This document shows, one piece after another, positions 38,631-51,401 of a stretch of DNA of 64,000 bases. The translations under genes were made by a program, and so were the position numbers. The DNA lies in assembly GCF_018350175.1 (NCBI RefSeq), contig NC_058368.1, positions 36,644,001 to 36,708,000 on the forward strand, given 5' to 3'. The notes beneath the pieces are model-generated. The model made no database searches, was not told the origin of the DNA, and saw nothing but the letters and a program-made list of their open reading frames with translations. Position 1 is the stretch's first letter; the number at the start of each line of letters is the position of its first letter. The stretch is from Felis catus (Eukaryota).

Positions 38631-41334
38631 TATATATATAACATGATAAACACTATCACAAGGTAGTTGAATGGCTTCTCCCAGATCTTTAATGCTGCCA
38701 AGATCCAAAAGGCACACAGAGCTCATGAGTTAAGCGTTGTTAAGGCTGAAGTAGCTTTGGTGGGTTTCTCTGGGTCTGTATGAAGTAGAAGCCAATAATA
38801 AGGAGTCCCTTCAAGGAATCCATCTGCTGAATGCTTTTGAAATTTTTCCATTAATTTCTTCACCTTTTTATCTGTGATGCCAGGACAGGCGGCTTCTGCC
38901 ACAGCAATATGTTTCTGGAGTTCTTCAACCGCCTGATTGCTGCTAGCGTTATTCTCATCCTGCTGTTTAAGTTCAGCAAATGCAGGTGTGATTACCATAG
39001 ACCAATGGCTCAGGGTCTGTGCAAGATCTTGCTTCTTTGGATTGGGCTTCTTTCACATGCTGGTAAAGCTCCATTCAGCAGGAATGTTTTTTTTCCCTGC
39101 TGGTGGATTCTGAATCAGAGCCCTCAGAATCAGTTTCATCATCACTGTGCCCTTCTGCCTCCCTTCTCTAAAACTGATCTATCAGTTCTGTCAAATAAGA
39201 CGTCTTCTTTGAATTTTTTTTTTTACAATGAATTTGTGTTTCAGGAGTTCTTTAGCTGTAGGACAAAATCATGGTTCTTTGTTCAGGCAAGCATCAATAA
39301 ACTCCTTAAAGGACTTAGTAAAGTCTCCAACAAGAGTTGGGGGATTTTTTTGGAATAAGAAACAGAACTCTCATTGGATGCACATCACAGTTAGGTGGCT
39401 CTGCCTTGGATGGTTCAATAGCAGTAATTCCCAATGACCAAATGTCAGCTTTTGAGTTACAAGCCCACCGTTGAAGAAGTTCAGGAACCATCCGAAATGG
39501 TATTCCCACAAAGGTATTTCTTTTAATTTGTGTATCTGTCAGCTGGACAGTAACTCCAAAGTCAGCAGGTTTAACATCTCCTTGTTCTGACAGCAAGATG
39601 CTGGCAGCTTTTTCTGTCTCAGTGAATTTTCTTTTCTGAACGGAGACAGTGCAGACCTTTCAACATTTCCTTTAGCAGGGTAGCGATCTGGCACTCATCA
39701 AATGGACCAGCTTGAGGAAGAGCCAGGGATGAACCACCACCACCCGGGTATTCCATTGTTAATTTTGAACGCTCTAAATATGCTCCATAGCATTTTGTTA
39801 CATATGAGCTGTCACGCTGACTCAAAACAGCGATTTCTTGCTGAATGCCTGCAGTTTCTTCTTTGGCTCCCTCGGGGCCTGGGACTTTAATAGCAAGCAC
39901 CTGCTGGGTGCAGTATCAAATTCCTTTGAAAACTTCTCCAAAGGAGACTTTCCCGATGTGTTTTAGTTTTGTGACTAGTTCTTCTGGATGGGCTGTGTTA
40001 TTCTGCATCCCGGGAACTTGGACAGTCCCCTGTGAGCAGGCCACGAAAGCAACGCTGTTGCACATTGCTCCTGCGGTGGTGGCGCCCTGGGCTCGGACTG
40101 GCTCCTGCTCCGGGGGTCGCTCAGCGGCCCTCCCAGGCTTTTTGACCTGGGCGTGGAAGGACACACAGAAGTGGTGTGACTGGGGTGGTGGCACGTCGCC
40201 TCTAGCTCAGGGATAGGCGGTTCGTAGCTCAGCTGCCTGGGACTTAGTTTACCTTTCTGACACCCGCCGGCTGCTGCTCCCACGGCAACTCCTCCTGAAG
40301 GGGGTTGGGGGCTGGGCGCTGTGTGTGGTGGGGGCTCGGAACTGCCCTTGAATGGTGCCAGTGGTCTATGCGTCGCCGCTGTATAATTACAGGTGTAAAG
40401 GAAGGAACGGTTCTTACATCAGAGATGATCTCTTTCACTGTATCAACTTCCAATGGGCCAGTGGTTTTCAAAGCATCTTTCCTGGAACCCTAGCACCTTC
40501 TGAACTTCACGGGCGACTGGAAGGAAAGGACAGTGGGCAGAGGTCCAGGCTCCAACTGTAACAGCAATCAGAACAGCTCTAGGCTTATCTGTTTCAAATG
40601 CTTTTGTTGTTGTTGGTGGTGGTGGTTTTTTGTTTTGTTTTGTGTTTTTGTTCTATGTATGATTTCATTAAACAAATGTTTGCCCTGCTGCAGCCTTAGG
40701 TAAACTCAGTCTTTAGAGTCATTAGTGCCCCCCTCCTGCTCCTTCTCTCCCCCTGGGCCTTTCTGTCCTCCTACACTCTTCATTCCATCTTTTCACCACT
40801 GCAGCTCTTGGGAAAGGGACAGATACATTTAGATCCCGCTACTACACAAGGTCCGAAGCATTACCTTTCTAATACCACTCTCATCCAAGTGGAGGACAAC
40901 AACCGGAAACCGACAAAAGCAGCCCTGAAGATAATAGCAATTGCAACCATCATCCAAGAGACGTGCATTTCTGGTAGATATGGCTATGTGATGTGGCTGG
41001 GATGAGGATAATTTTCTGGAATTTTTGGAATTTGCCACGCAAGTGACTAACTGCTCTGGAGGGTCATGAGCCCTGTTCTGAAGTCAACGGCACGATTCCC
41101 CATCCTTATTTGGGAATTGAGTTTGAGATGAGCCCTCTCCCGTTTCTATGCTGGTTTCACTCAACGTACTTGCCTTACTAGGGCTAACATTTGCTCTTCT
41201 AAGTGTTTCATTTTTCAATAGAAAATATGGGTGACTGCTGGTATGTCTCTGATATTTTGCAACAACAGTCCTTACTGATGTTTAGCTAGTACTTCTCTTT
41301 CTCAGCTCAAGATTTGAGAATGTTTAAAAATATA

Positions 41335-41549
41335 TATATTTTTTTACATTTACTTATTTTTGAGAGACAGAGAGAGACACAGAGCACTGGTGGGGGAGGG
41401 GCAGAGAGAGGGAGACACAGAATCCACAAAGGCTGCAGGCTCTAAGCTGTCAGCACAGAGCCCGATGCGGGGGCTGAAACTCACAAACTGTGAGATCATG
41501 ACCTGAGCCGAAGTCAGACGCTCAACCGACTGAGCCACCCAGGCACCCC
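41335..41549 (-). mobile_element. Carnivore SINE
   Basis: Reverse-strand SINE; GAGAATGT duplicated at the flanks. Confidence 0.95.
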
Positions 41550-42423
41550 GAGAATGTGTTTTAATAGACTCCGCAGGTTTTTAGGTGGTGGTGGCGGCTT
41601 ATTAAAGTTATAGCATTAGTAAGATAATCAACAGGAATATGGGCATGTGAACTTGAAAAAAAAAACAAAAACAAAAACAAAAAGGAAAAGGAAAAGGAAG
41701 ACAGAAGATATCCCTGAGCATGATCATTTACATAGGTTCTTAAGGAATCACGTCCAACACGCAGGGGAGACAGAGGTATAGAGTACACATTGTCTGAGAA
41801 GTTCTAACATGCCTTCGGCTGCAACTGGAATAAAATGCATTCCTCAGAAACCTCCAGGAGAGGAGGTAGTGTGACATGTTCCACACGTGGATAAAATCTG
41901 GAAATTACCTTCATTCCCATGGGCTTTCTTTCTGGCCTTAGAAATGTTAATCGCATGTACTAGATTTTGTACTGAGCACACTGCCTGAATGTGTTCACTG
42001 TAGTCCCTAGATTTTACTGCGTATAATTCAATTAATGAAGTATTGGATAGATTTTCAGCTAGTACTTTAAGGGCAATTGCTTCTTGAATACTTGAGAGTC
42101 CCTAAGAGACATAGAAAAGGTGATTTCATTGCTAAATAAATATGTAATGTAAAGTATCTTGCGGTCTTTTCTTGTTTTGTCTTGTGTTGTGTTTTTGGTT
42201 TGCCATACAATCATTTAGCTCTGACATCTTGCCACAGGTTTTGTGTGCAGGTACTCTTTATATGACTTTATATGACTTTAATAAAAATTTCTCTCTGGTG
42301 AAGATATCTTGTTTGTCTATCTTAAGTTTATAGCTTAAATTTTATTCAATTAATAGTCATTATTTCCTTGTTCTCAGTTTTTCCTTAGGTAAGGATTTTT
42401 TTCAGATTTTCTTTTATAGTTAT

Positions 42424-42634
42424 TTTAATTTTTTAAGATGTTTATTTATTTTTGAGAGAGAGAGACAGAGTGCAAGCAGGGGAGGGGCAGAGAGAGACAC
42501 ACACACACAATCAGAAGCAGGCTCCAGGTGCTGAGCTGTTAGCACAGAGCCCATGTGGCTCGAACTCATGAATCGTGAGATCATAACCTGAGCTGAAGTC
42601 GGACGCTTAACCGACTGAGCCACCCAGGCACCCC
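42424..42634 (-). mobile_element. Carnivore SINE
   Basis: Reverse-strand SINE; TSD TCTTTTATAGTTATTTTAAT. Confidence 0.95.
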
Positions 42635-44684
42635 TCTTTTATAGTTATTTTAATGTCACTGATTTACTAGACTGCCTGTTATCTGGTGCTATGATTTGAT
42701 CTCTTCTTATGAAGTTTTTCTTGTAGTGATGGGACTTTCTATCATCACATTGTTTTTATTATTCCCTCTTTCCTGGCCATAAAATGCAAGTTGATTGTAC
42801 ATGGACAGCTATACTTTTTAGAACTTGAAACCTCCTTTTGTAAGATTTTGGAAGGCTACAAGAGCTAAGGTTGCCCAACATATAAACTGTTTGACATGGT
42901 CAGAGCTTTCTATATTTTTAAGTTCACCAAACACAGATGTTGGCTACGCGTTTGCTACCTTCCTTCCTGCACATTTGTGGTGAAAATTGCTACCCAGATA
43001 AGCTGGAATGGAACATTTACTAAGTATCTACTAAGTGTTAACTGCCAGGATAAGAAAGATACATGCCATTTCCATTACTCTTTGTAACAAACCTATATTT
43101 GAAGTAATAATATCCTCAATTCACCCATGTGACAGCTTAAGTGTGTATTAAGTGAATCACACGGATTTTATGGGGCTGGGCATTTCTTATGTTTCTAAAT
43201 ACATTTTTAAGACTGCCATAGGGAGATGTGAGCTCTAGGTGCTATCAAACAGCATTTCTGACATCCTGATGTCCTTGCTAAAGCACTATGTCTGAGATTC
43301 CATCAAAAATTGGTGTTGCCTTTGATTTGTTCTTTTCTCCTTGTGAAAAGGGGCTGGAGAAAATCCAATGAAGAGGGATATAGATATCTGAAACTTCTTA
43401 ATGTTTCCACCTCTAATTTTTCTAATAGATTTTCTGGAACTCAATATTGAGGATCCCCTGGGGTTTCCTGGCTTATAGGAAGGCCAGCCATTTATTAATT
43501 TAATAAATATTTAGAGAGAACTGTGTGTGTGTGAAATTATTTATTTGCTACGTCTAACTCTCCACTGTCATCTAAAGGATTGGATCCCAGCTGGAAAAGC
43601 CAAGAGACCAGCAAATCACTCTAAAAAGGGACATAGAAAATTGGGGGGTATGGCCGGTAAGATGGAGGTTAGAGGGGTGCATGGGGGGAAATGGTCTAGA
43701 GAGACCTGCTGGTTGGGGTTGCTAGGGAGTTTTGAAGGGAGATATGCATCTAACCTTCATAGAAACCTATAAAGAATTATTAGTTCCCTTTTATAGCTGA
43801 GGAAACTGAGGCTGCCTGAGGCATACAGTTATATCCATGTAAAGCACTGTTCCATAATAGCAGGATGTGTGTTTGTGCGTTGGGGGTGGGAAGGCACAGA
43901 AGTGAATGTCAGAAAGATGTCTTTTCCAAACCGTGATAAGGTATATTTAAGGATTTATAATGTTTTATTGTATGAACTACAACATAAAGCCTTTTAATGT
44001 GTTGGACCACAAAATCAATATTGAAATACTTCATTTTTTGAATGAGAAAAGCTCTTCTATGGAGTGTATGAATATATTTCTCGTTAATGATTTGAACTTG
44101 GGACTATTTTGGGGCTAGTCAGAGTTACAAGTCTTGCTTTGGGGTGGTACTGGACAAGAAATGAGCTTTGAAAAGTAAAAAAGTTAGCAAGGGCTTGAAC
44201 TCAGGTCTACTGACCCTGAAGCTGATGTTCTTAATGACTGGTCTCACTCAGAGTACAGTTAGACTTACCTCCAGCTTTCCTATCAGAAGCAACCTAATTA
44301 CCATGCCATCCCCAAGGATGTCATGGCCCCACAGGAGGGGGTCCTGAGCTAATAGGAGCAATGACGAGAGGGGTGTATTACCATCCTTATTTGTTTTAAA
44401 CCATTGATTAACCAGCTAATGTTTCTTTGTGTTATTCATAAAAAATGCAACGGTAATTTGTAGGTGTTTTCTTTTCATGTTGCGATGTCCTACCTATCAG
44501 CAAATCAACCTGCAAAGATTCACTGAGTGGGAAAGGAACGATTGTAGACAGTCTCATTAGGATAATGAGACAACTTTTTTTAAGAAGTAAAATACGTGGT
44601 GAAATATAATTTACTAAACTACACCCACTACTGCTTGTTTCAAAATTATAGTTAAAAACCCCACTTATTTGGAATAATGAGTTC

Positions 44685-44850
44685 CTTGCTGCTCAGTGTG
44701 TGATCCTCTCCCCAGTAGCACCGGTATCCCTGGCGGTATCCCCGTTAGAAATACAGAGTCTCAGGCCCACCCAGACAGTCTGTTAGAATCTGCTTTCTAA
44801 CAAAGTTTATAGGTGATTCGTAAGTACAATACAGTTACAGGAGCTGTGCT
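44685..44850. mobile_element. MER5A-like MITE
   Basis: ccagtagcacc..gttagaaatacagagtctcaggccc..ccagac..agaatctgc..aggtgattcgta. Confidence 0.7.
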
Positions 44851-45145
44851 CTAAGGCAAATTTAGGCTCTCAGGTGGATTAAAACTATCAAGAATCGTCT
44901 TTGCCCTGCCTGAGCTTGCCTGTAACGGCAATGAGCTGAAAGCACATGAACTGGCGATTAACAAAAGGCGGCAAGAGTTAAGTGCTAAGCCAGTGAGTGG
45001 TACCAACAGAAAAGGCTCTAAGGGTTCAGAGGAAAGAGCAATCACAGCCAATTACGTCCACCATGGGATTTCAAGCTTCCAGCCTTCAGGCGTTTCAAGT
45101 TTTTTTAACGGCCCCTGCTTGCCATTGACGCCTGCAGCCCTAGGG

Positions 45146-45350
45146 GGCAGTGTGGTATAGTAAAAAATCGAATGGATCTCCTCCCCAGTGTTCCTCTCAG
45201 TAGCCCCGTGACCTTGAGAAATCACTTAATAATCCCGCTGAACTTCAGTTTCCTCATTGGAGGACCAAAATAAAAAATACCTTCCTCAGACGGTTGTTGT
45301 AAGGATTAAAAGCAAAATATACAAAACGTCCAACACATACTAGGTACTCT
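45146..45350 (+). mobile_element. MIR
   Basis: ggcagtgtggtatagt head; gtgaccttgag..tcacttaa..ttcagtttcctcat..gttgtaaggattaaa core. Confidence 0.75.
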
Positions 45351-45734
45351 ATGTCTCTACTTGGTGCCTTCTCCTTGTCTAATCTATACTTAGCAAATTC
45401 ATACTCACAATGAAGAAAACTATAGTGTTTATTGATGCTCAGAGTGTTAACATGTTATATGGAAGCAAATAAATCTGAAGGAAGTTGTCAGCAGTGGCCA
45501 ACTTGATGGGCAGCTGAGTTCCCCAGAGGGCGTTGCTGGTAAGCAGTTCCTCCGAATGCCAGCGCAGGAAGGGGAGGGAGAGGTCTAACCACAGTGTTTG
45601 CTCCTCGTGGCTGTATTAATTCAGAAGATGCCTTTAGCTTCTTGCTGATTTTCTTACCTTCTGGGGGGCAGTGATAAACCCAAGAGCACGGCTCTGTTGT
45701 CGCCATGAGAATGCCCACAGGCTTGGGTCCAAAG

Positions 45735-45904
45735 CAGTGGTTCTCAAGCTTTGGTGGTACATTAGAATCTCCTAGGGATTTGTAAAAGCTACTGGTTCCC
45801 AGGGCCAACCTGAGAACAGCCAAAAAAAAAAAAATCTCTGGGGATAGTATTTTAAGAAAGCACCCCAGGTGATTTTAATGTGTAGCTGAGGTTGAGAGCC
45901 ACCA
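45735..45904. mobile_element. MER5-like MITE
   Basis: cagtggttctcaa ... gttgagagccacca terminal inverted repeats. Confidence 0.75.
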
Positions 45905-46954
45905 TAAATTGCGCATTACAGACTTAGGATGACTCTAAACCATTCATTACGGGCTTAGTACTTAAATGCAAGCGAGAGACTTCCACCCCAGAGGCTGTGT
46001 CTCCTCTAGCTGTCAACACACGTGGATTTTACAGCTCCTGAGAAAGATTTCAGTGTTAGCTGTTTTAGAGTGTGACAGCTGAGAACAAAACAAAACAAAA
46101 CAAAACTGAAATAAAAGCTAAGTTTTATACATCCAGATGTTAGATTCTTTTCCCCCCCATTTGAAGGGGGATCTTTGGATCCTGTCTGGTTTCATTCTAT
46201 ATACTCTGTAACATTTGGAATACTTGGTAATAAAGGGTTTATTTCCTTGAAATTTGCTTGCATCTTTTTCTCTCCTTGCGATAGAGAAATCACTTATTTT
46301 CGGTCTTTTGTTGGGCGAGAGATTGATTCGTTTTCCCAATATTTGTATGTTTCCTAAATTTTTGATTGGCTCTTTTCACCACAATTAATCAGCAAAGACA
46401 TTTAAGATTCTTCAAGTGCAATTTGAGCAGCTTAAAACACACTCTTTGGTGTCAGTCAGAAGGAGCTGCCTTCTAAAGCCTAACGCTTCAGAAACAGTAA
46501 ACATGTTTGAATTCATGTACAGTAAATGGGAATAATAAGAGTAACTTGCTCTCAGGGCTGAAGTGAGGATTTCACTTGTTAACATTTACAAGTGTTATGA
46601 GCAGCGCCTGCTGCCTAGTAAGCTCTCAGGAAGCATTAGCTTATTTTATTATTCCAGAAGTTGGGGGGTCAGGGTATCACACCTGTGTTTGGAAATGGGG
46701 GGCACAGATGAGTCGGCTGTGTAGCGAAAGGCTTCAAATCGTCCACCTCCATGAAAATCTGAGACTGGAGAATAAACACAATAATGAGATGTTATTTATA
46801 TAGAGAGAGTTTTATATACATTTACAGATGATCGAAAGAGTTGGTGACATACTGACATGTTTGTGATCGTTCCACCTGTTTCCCCTGGGAGAATGTGTGT
46901 GCCAGAGAGTGGCTTGGGCAGTGCGGTCAAATGCTATGAGTAATCAGGAGGTTG

Positions 46955-47166
46955 TTTTTTTTTTTTTTAATTTTCTTTAATGTTTATTTATTTTTGAGAC
47001 AGAGAGAGACCGAGTGTGATCGTGGGAGGGGCAGAGAGAATCTGAAGCAGGCTCCGGGCTCTCAGCTGCCAGCGCAGAGCCTGATGCAAGGCTCCAACCC
47101 ACAAACCGTGAGATCATGACCTGAGCCGAAGTCGGCACTTAACCCACTGAGCCACCCAGGTGCCCC
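46955..47166 (-). mobile_element. Carnivore SINE
   Basis: Reverse-strand SINE; CAGGAGGTT flanking duplication. Confidence 0.95.
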
Positions 47167-47329
47167 AGGAGGTTTTTGCTCTTATGTTTTCTAACTTCTG
47201 TCAAAGAAGACAGAAATCAGTTGAAATAACCAAAACAACTGTGCATCCTTAGCAAATGAGAATGATGTACATTTTTGACATACCAGTTTTATATCATTTT
47301 CCCCCACAACTGATTTCGCAGCACATCTT

Positions 47330-48010
47330 ATTAATTTCATGTGTAAAATGTAGCTTGAATCTGTTCGCTTGATTTCTGCTAACACTGCTACAACCCTAGT
47401 TCTACCCCGTCCTTCTCTTCCAATGTACAATGACTACAGTAACTGTCTCCCTGTTTCTACTATTCACTAATTAGCAGTCAGAGCAATCTCTGAAAGCGGA
47501 AATTCAATCATGCGGCTTCTACACTGTAACCATTTCCATTTCTTTCTAGTGATGTTTGAAAAAAGAATCAGACCTCCTTGGCATGGCCTTCAAGGCCCTG
47601 CGTGATCTGGTCCCAGTCCGCTTTTGCAGTCCCACTCTTGACTTTCTCAACATTTTACCTTTCAGCCCCTATGTTCTCAGAGACCAAAATCTCCTCTCCA
47701 GCCTTGGTAGGTATACTTCCTGTACCCTGGAATCCTGCCTCCTCTTGGGGCCAATTCTCTCCCTGTCATATTCTTTAAATGGGTCCCTTTCCCTTCCCCC
47801 GGGTCATCTCTTCTATGCCATCTCTTCAGAGAGGCTCCTTTTGGTCAGCCTGGTAGGATCGAATCCTTTCCACACACCTGCTTATTATTATTTTCTATTA
47901 CTGAACCCTGTTCATTTTATTAACAGTACTCTTCACAATTCATTGGCTCATTTCCTTGTTTATGATCTATTCCACTGTATAGACTGAAAGTTCAGCCAGG
48001 GCAGACAATG
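47330..48010 (+). mobile_element. L2 fragment
   Basis: cagcagtcagagcaatct..tggccttcaaggccctgcgtgatctgg..tagactgaaag motifs. Confidence 0.7.
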
Positions 48011-48499
48011 CCTCTATCACAAGGAGATAACATGGCCATTCATGATCATCAAATATCATGGAATTCTTTCCATATTTGGTGGTGCTAATTGTCTGCCACC
48101 TGCTATGAGGGGGCTGTCTGCAGTGAAAGCACTCCTACCAACTTATTTTACCCTAGCAGTAAACGATCCCCAATGCAAGCTGTTGGACAAAGTACTGAAG
48201 TGATCATAATAATTCTTTAAATGTGTTGGGTGTTTTGCAAAGGGTAAATTTTTCCCACATTGTTTTATTATTTTATTTTAATTTTTATGGTTTGTGTTGA
48301 AATCTGAGCTAGATGTATTAAGTCATAGGTGATACTCATGGAAAGTATTGTCAAAGTACATGTTTTCAGATGGTCTGTATTTTTTATTTTGGAGAAATAG
48401 GTCATAAACAGAGGAATATTTAAGATATTTGTACATCTTAAAAAGCAACAAAATGAACAAGAATGTACATTAATAAATGGAGCAAAACAGCAACTTTGA

Positions 48500-49366
48500 G
48501 TGTCCTTATATGTCTCTCAATGATCTCATCTCCTTTCTCCCTTCTCCAGAAAGGAATTAGAATTCAAATTTTTGTTATTATTGGCTTGCTTTTTAAAATG
48601 CTTTTACCACATAGTATATTTCCCTAAGAAATAAATTATAGAATTTTACTTTTGACCTTTATATAAATGGGATTATACTATATGTTTTTATGTGTCTAGC
48701 TTTCTTCTCTCGGTATAACTCTTGAGATGCATCTGAATTGATGAATGTAGGTATAGTTCATCTATTTTTCATGCTGTATAGTATTCCATTGCGAGGTGTA
48801 TGACACATGATTTTTTCCCCACTCTATTCTACTTGGACGATTGGGTTATTTTTCAGTTTTTTGATATTACAAATAATACTCCTATGAACAGTTTTAGATA
48901 TATCTGTTGGTGCAAATATATAAATTTCCCAAAGATGTAGACTCATATAGAATCACAAGGTCAGGAGGAATGCTTATGTTCAACTTTACAAGAGAATGCC
49001 CAATTATTTTCCAAATTGCACCAATTTAAACTCACTATTATCTCAGAATTTCTTTTGGTTTATATCTTAGTCAATACTTTCAGATTTTTATCAATTTCAT
49101 GAGAATAAAATGGCATATCACTGTGTTTTCATTTTGCTTTCTCTTGATTAACACTGAGTTTGAATTATCTTTTAATGGCCACTTGTGTTTCCTTATCTGT
49201 GAAATGTCTGTTGATGTACTTTGACCACTTTTATAAAGGATTGTCGTTTTCTTATTGCTTTGTTGGAGTTTCTTATATATTCTGGACACTAGCCTTTTAG
49301 CAGTTATACATGTTGCAAATATAGTCTCATAGAATGTAACTTACCTTTTACCACCTTTATTGTCCA

Positions 49367-49405
<39 letters not shown>

Positions 49406-50600
49406 CTGAATAGAAGTCCTTACTTTAAGTGTAGTTGAATTCATTTATCTTTTCTTTATAGTTTGGGCTTTTTGAGTTGTTTAAAAGAAATTCTTTCTTA
49501 TGCTGAAGCCATAAAGGTATTCCCTGATATTTTTTCCCTAAAAGTTGTACCTTTGATATTTAAGTCTTTGATCCACCTGGGATAGATTTTTATCATTGAC
49601 AAAGTGAGTATTTGAATCCATTTTCCCCATATGAGTAACAATTGTTTCAGCTTGACTTGTCAGTCCTTTTTCTTGTTTGTTTGTCTATTTAGCTGTGTGA
49701 TAGTTCTAATTTATATTTGGCTTTTATATATACATGGACTATTTCTGGGCTCTCTATCCCGTTTCATTGGTTTGTCTACCCCTATGTCAGGATGTTGGTG
49801 CCTAAATTGCTCTAGCTTTATAATAAGCCAGTATCCATAAGAAAAAAATGCCCCCAGTCTTATTTTTTCCTTCAGGAGTGTTTTAGTTATCCTGAGACCA
49901 TTGATCTTCAGATCTACATTTCAGAATCAGTTTGGGAAGTTCCACAAAATATACTGATAGGGGCGACTGGATGGCTTAGTCAGTTAAGCATCTGACTTCA
50001 GCTCAGGTCATGAGCTTGCAGTTTGAGTTCAAGCCCCACGTTGGGCTCTGTGCTGACAGCTCAGAGCCTGGAGTCTGCTTTGGATTCTGTGTCTCCCTCT
50101 CTCTCTGCCCCTCCCCCTCATGATCTGTCTCTCTCTAAAAAATAAACATTAAAAAAATTTTTTAAAATACTGTTCGAATTTTTATGGCAATTGCATTGAA
50201 TCTATAAAACATTTTGAAAAGATTAATATCTTTTAATACTGCTTGTTTCTGTCCATGAATATGGTATATCTCTTTATTTAGGTCATTAATATTTAAACAT
50301 TAAAAAATTATTTTCTAAATAAAGTCCTTGCACAAATTTTGTTAGATTCACTACTGAGCATCTTACTTTTGGTTGCTATTTTAAATGATTGTTTTAAAAG
50401 TATGCTTTCTTAACTTCTTTTGGTTTATTGAAATAAAATGGGATTTTATATATTGATATTATATCCATCAATTTTGCTAAACACTCAATATTTCTAATAT
50501 GTTATCTGCAAATGTTTGGGGGTTAACTATGTAGACAATTGTCATCTGAGACAGTTTTGTTTCTTCCTTTATAACCCTTGTTTTAAAATTTCTGTTTCTA
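48500..50600 (-). mobile_element. Old L1 (L1M-type) ORF2/3' fragment
   Basis: T-rich antisense L1 motifs (tgtatagtattccatt, tatattctggacactagcctt, ttgcattgaatctata). The ORF MSRIYKKLQQSNKK is L1 ORF2-like. Confidence 0.85.
49960..50165 (+). mobile_element. Carnivore SINE within L1
   Basis: Head, body and tail present. Confidence 0.95.
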
Positions 50601-50614
50601 TTTTGCTTGCTGGG

Positions 50615-50862
50615 AAAGTATAGTGTGGTGGTTAAGAGCATGGATTTTGGAGTCCGTCTTTCTGGGTCAACACACCTCTGCTACTAACTTGCTGTGTAAC
50701 CATGGACAAGCTATATAACCCAAGTTTTCTCACTGGAAAAATGGATGAAAATGGCAAAAATGGCAAAAATGTACACCTCATAGGACTGTGTGTGGATTAA
50801 ATAAATTAATTCATGTAAAGTGCCTGGTACATGTATCCCTAATAAGTGTTAAATGTTATTAT
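50615..50862 (+). mobile_element. MIR
   Basis: agtgtggtggttaagagcatggattttggagtc..ttgctgtgtaacc..ggattaaat. Confidence 0.8.
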
Positions 50863-51104
50863 TAGACACTCCAGTATGATGTTGAAACGGCATATACTGC
50901 GCTATGTTTTTATTTAATCCAGTTTGAAAATACTTCTCTTTTAGTATCTGAATACTTTGTTTTTGTTTGTTTGTTTATTCCTGTGTCAATACCTTGGCGC
51001 CTAACTCAATATCCAGAAGGACAGATACTTCCAGTCTTTTTTTTTTCCAGGAGTATTTTAGCTATTGTTAAACCATTGATCCTAATACAAATTTCTTTGC
51101 ATTT

Positions 51105-51401
51105 TATAAGTGAAATAAATCATACAGAGAAGGACAGATTCCATATGTTTTCACTCCTATGTGGATCCTGAGAAACTTAACAGAAGACCATGGGGGAGGG
51201 GAAGGAAAAAAAATGGTTAGAGAGGGAGGGAGCCAAAACATAAGAGACTCCTAAAACCTGAGAAGAAACTGAGGGTTGATGGGGGGTGGGAGGGAGAGGT
51301 GGGTGGGTGATGGGTATTGAGGGCACCTGTTGGGATGAGCACTGGGTGTTGTACGGAAACCAATTTGACAATAAATTTCACAAACAAAAACAAAAACAAA
51401 A
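51105..51401 (+). mobile_element. 5'-truncated young carnivore L1 3' end with 18-bp TSD
   Basis: ORF2 C-terminal peptide ISEINHTEKDRFHMFSLLCGS, G-rich 3'UTR, AATAAA, (A5C)n tail; TSD ACAAATTTCTTTGCATTT at 51087-51104 and 51402-51419. Confidence 0.9.

Larger units (their letters stand above)
36413..40383 (-). pseudogene. STK26: Processed pseudogene (retrocopy) of STE20-family kinase STK26/MST4, including 5'UTR, CDS remnant (~38811-40044), 3'UTR and poly(A) remnant
   Basis: Minus-strand ORF fragments are colinear and intronless and match MST4 as I recall it: VQVPGMQNNTAHPEELVTKLKHIGKVSFGEVFKGI; IQQEIAVLSQRDSSYVTK...[55 protein letters not shown]...[53 protein letters not shown]. The N-terminus and C-tail fit STK26 better than STK24/25. 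The start codon is GTG (40044), the HRD Arg codon is TGA (39619-39621), and there are several frameshifts. A T11 run at 36413-36423 has an AATAGA signal at 36436-36441 (minus). Confidence 0.95.

Noticed and set aside
38811..40044. Functional STK26 retrogene
   Set aside because: Start codon lost, stop codon in the catalytic HRD motif, and multiple frameshifts.
38909..40216. Plus-strand ORFs of 149 and 123 aa
   Set aside because: Antisense shadows of the STK26 pseudogene CDS.
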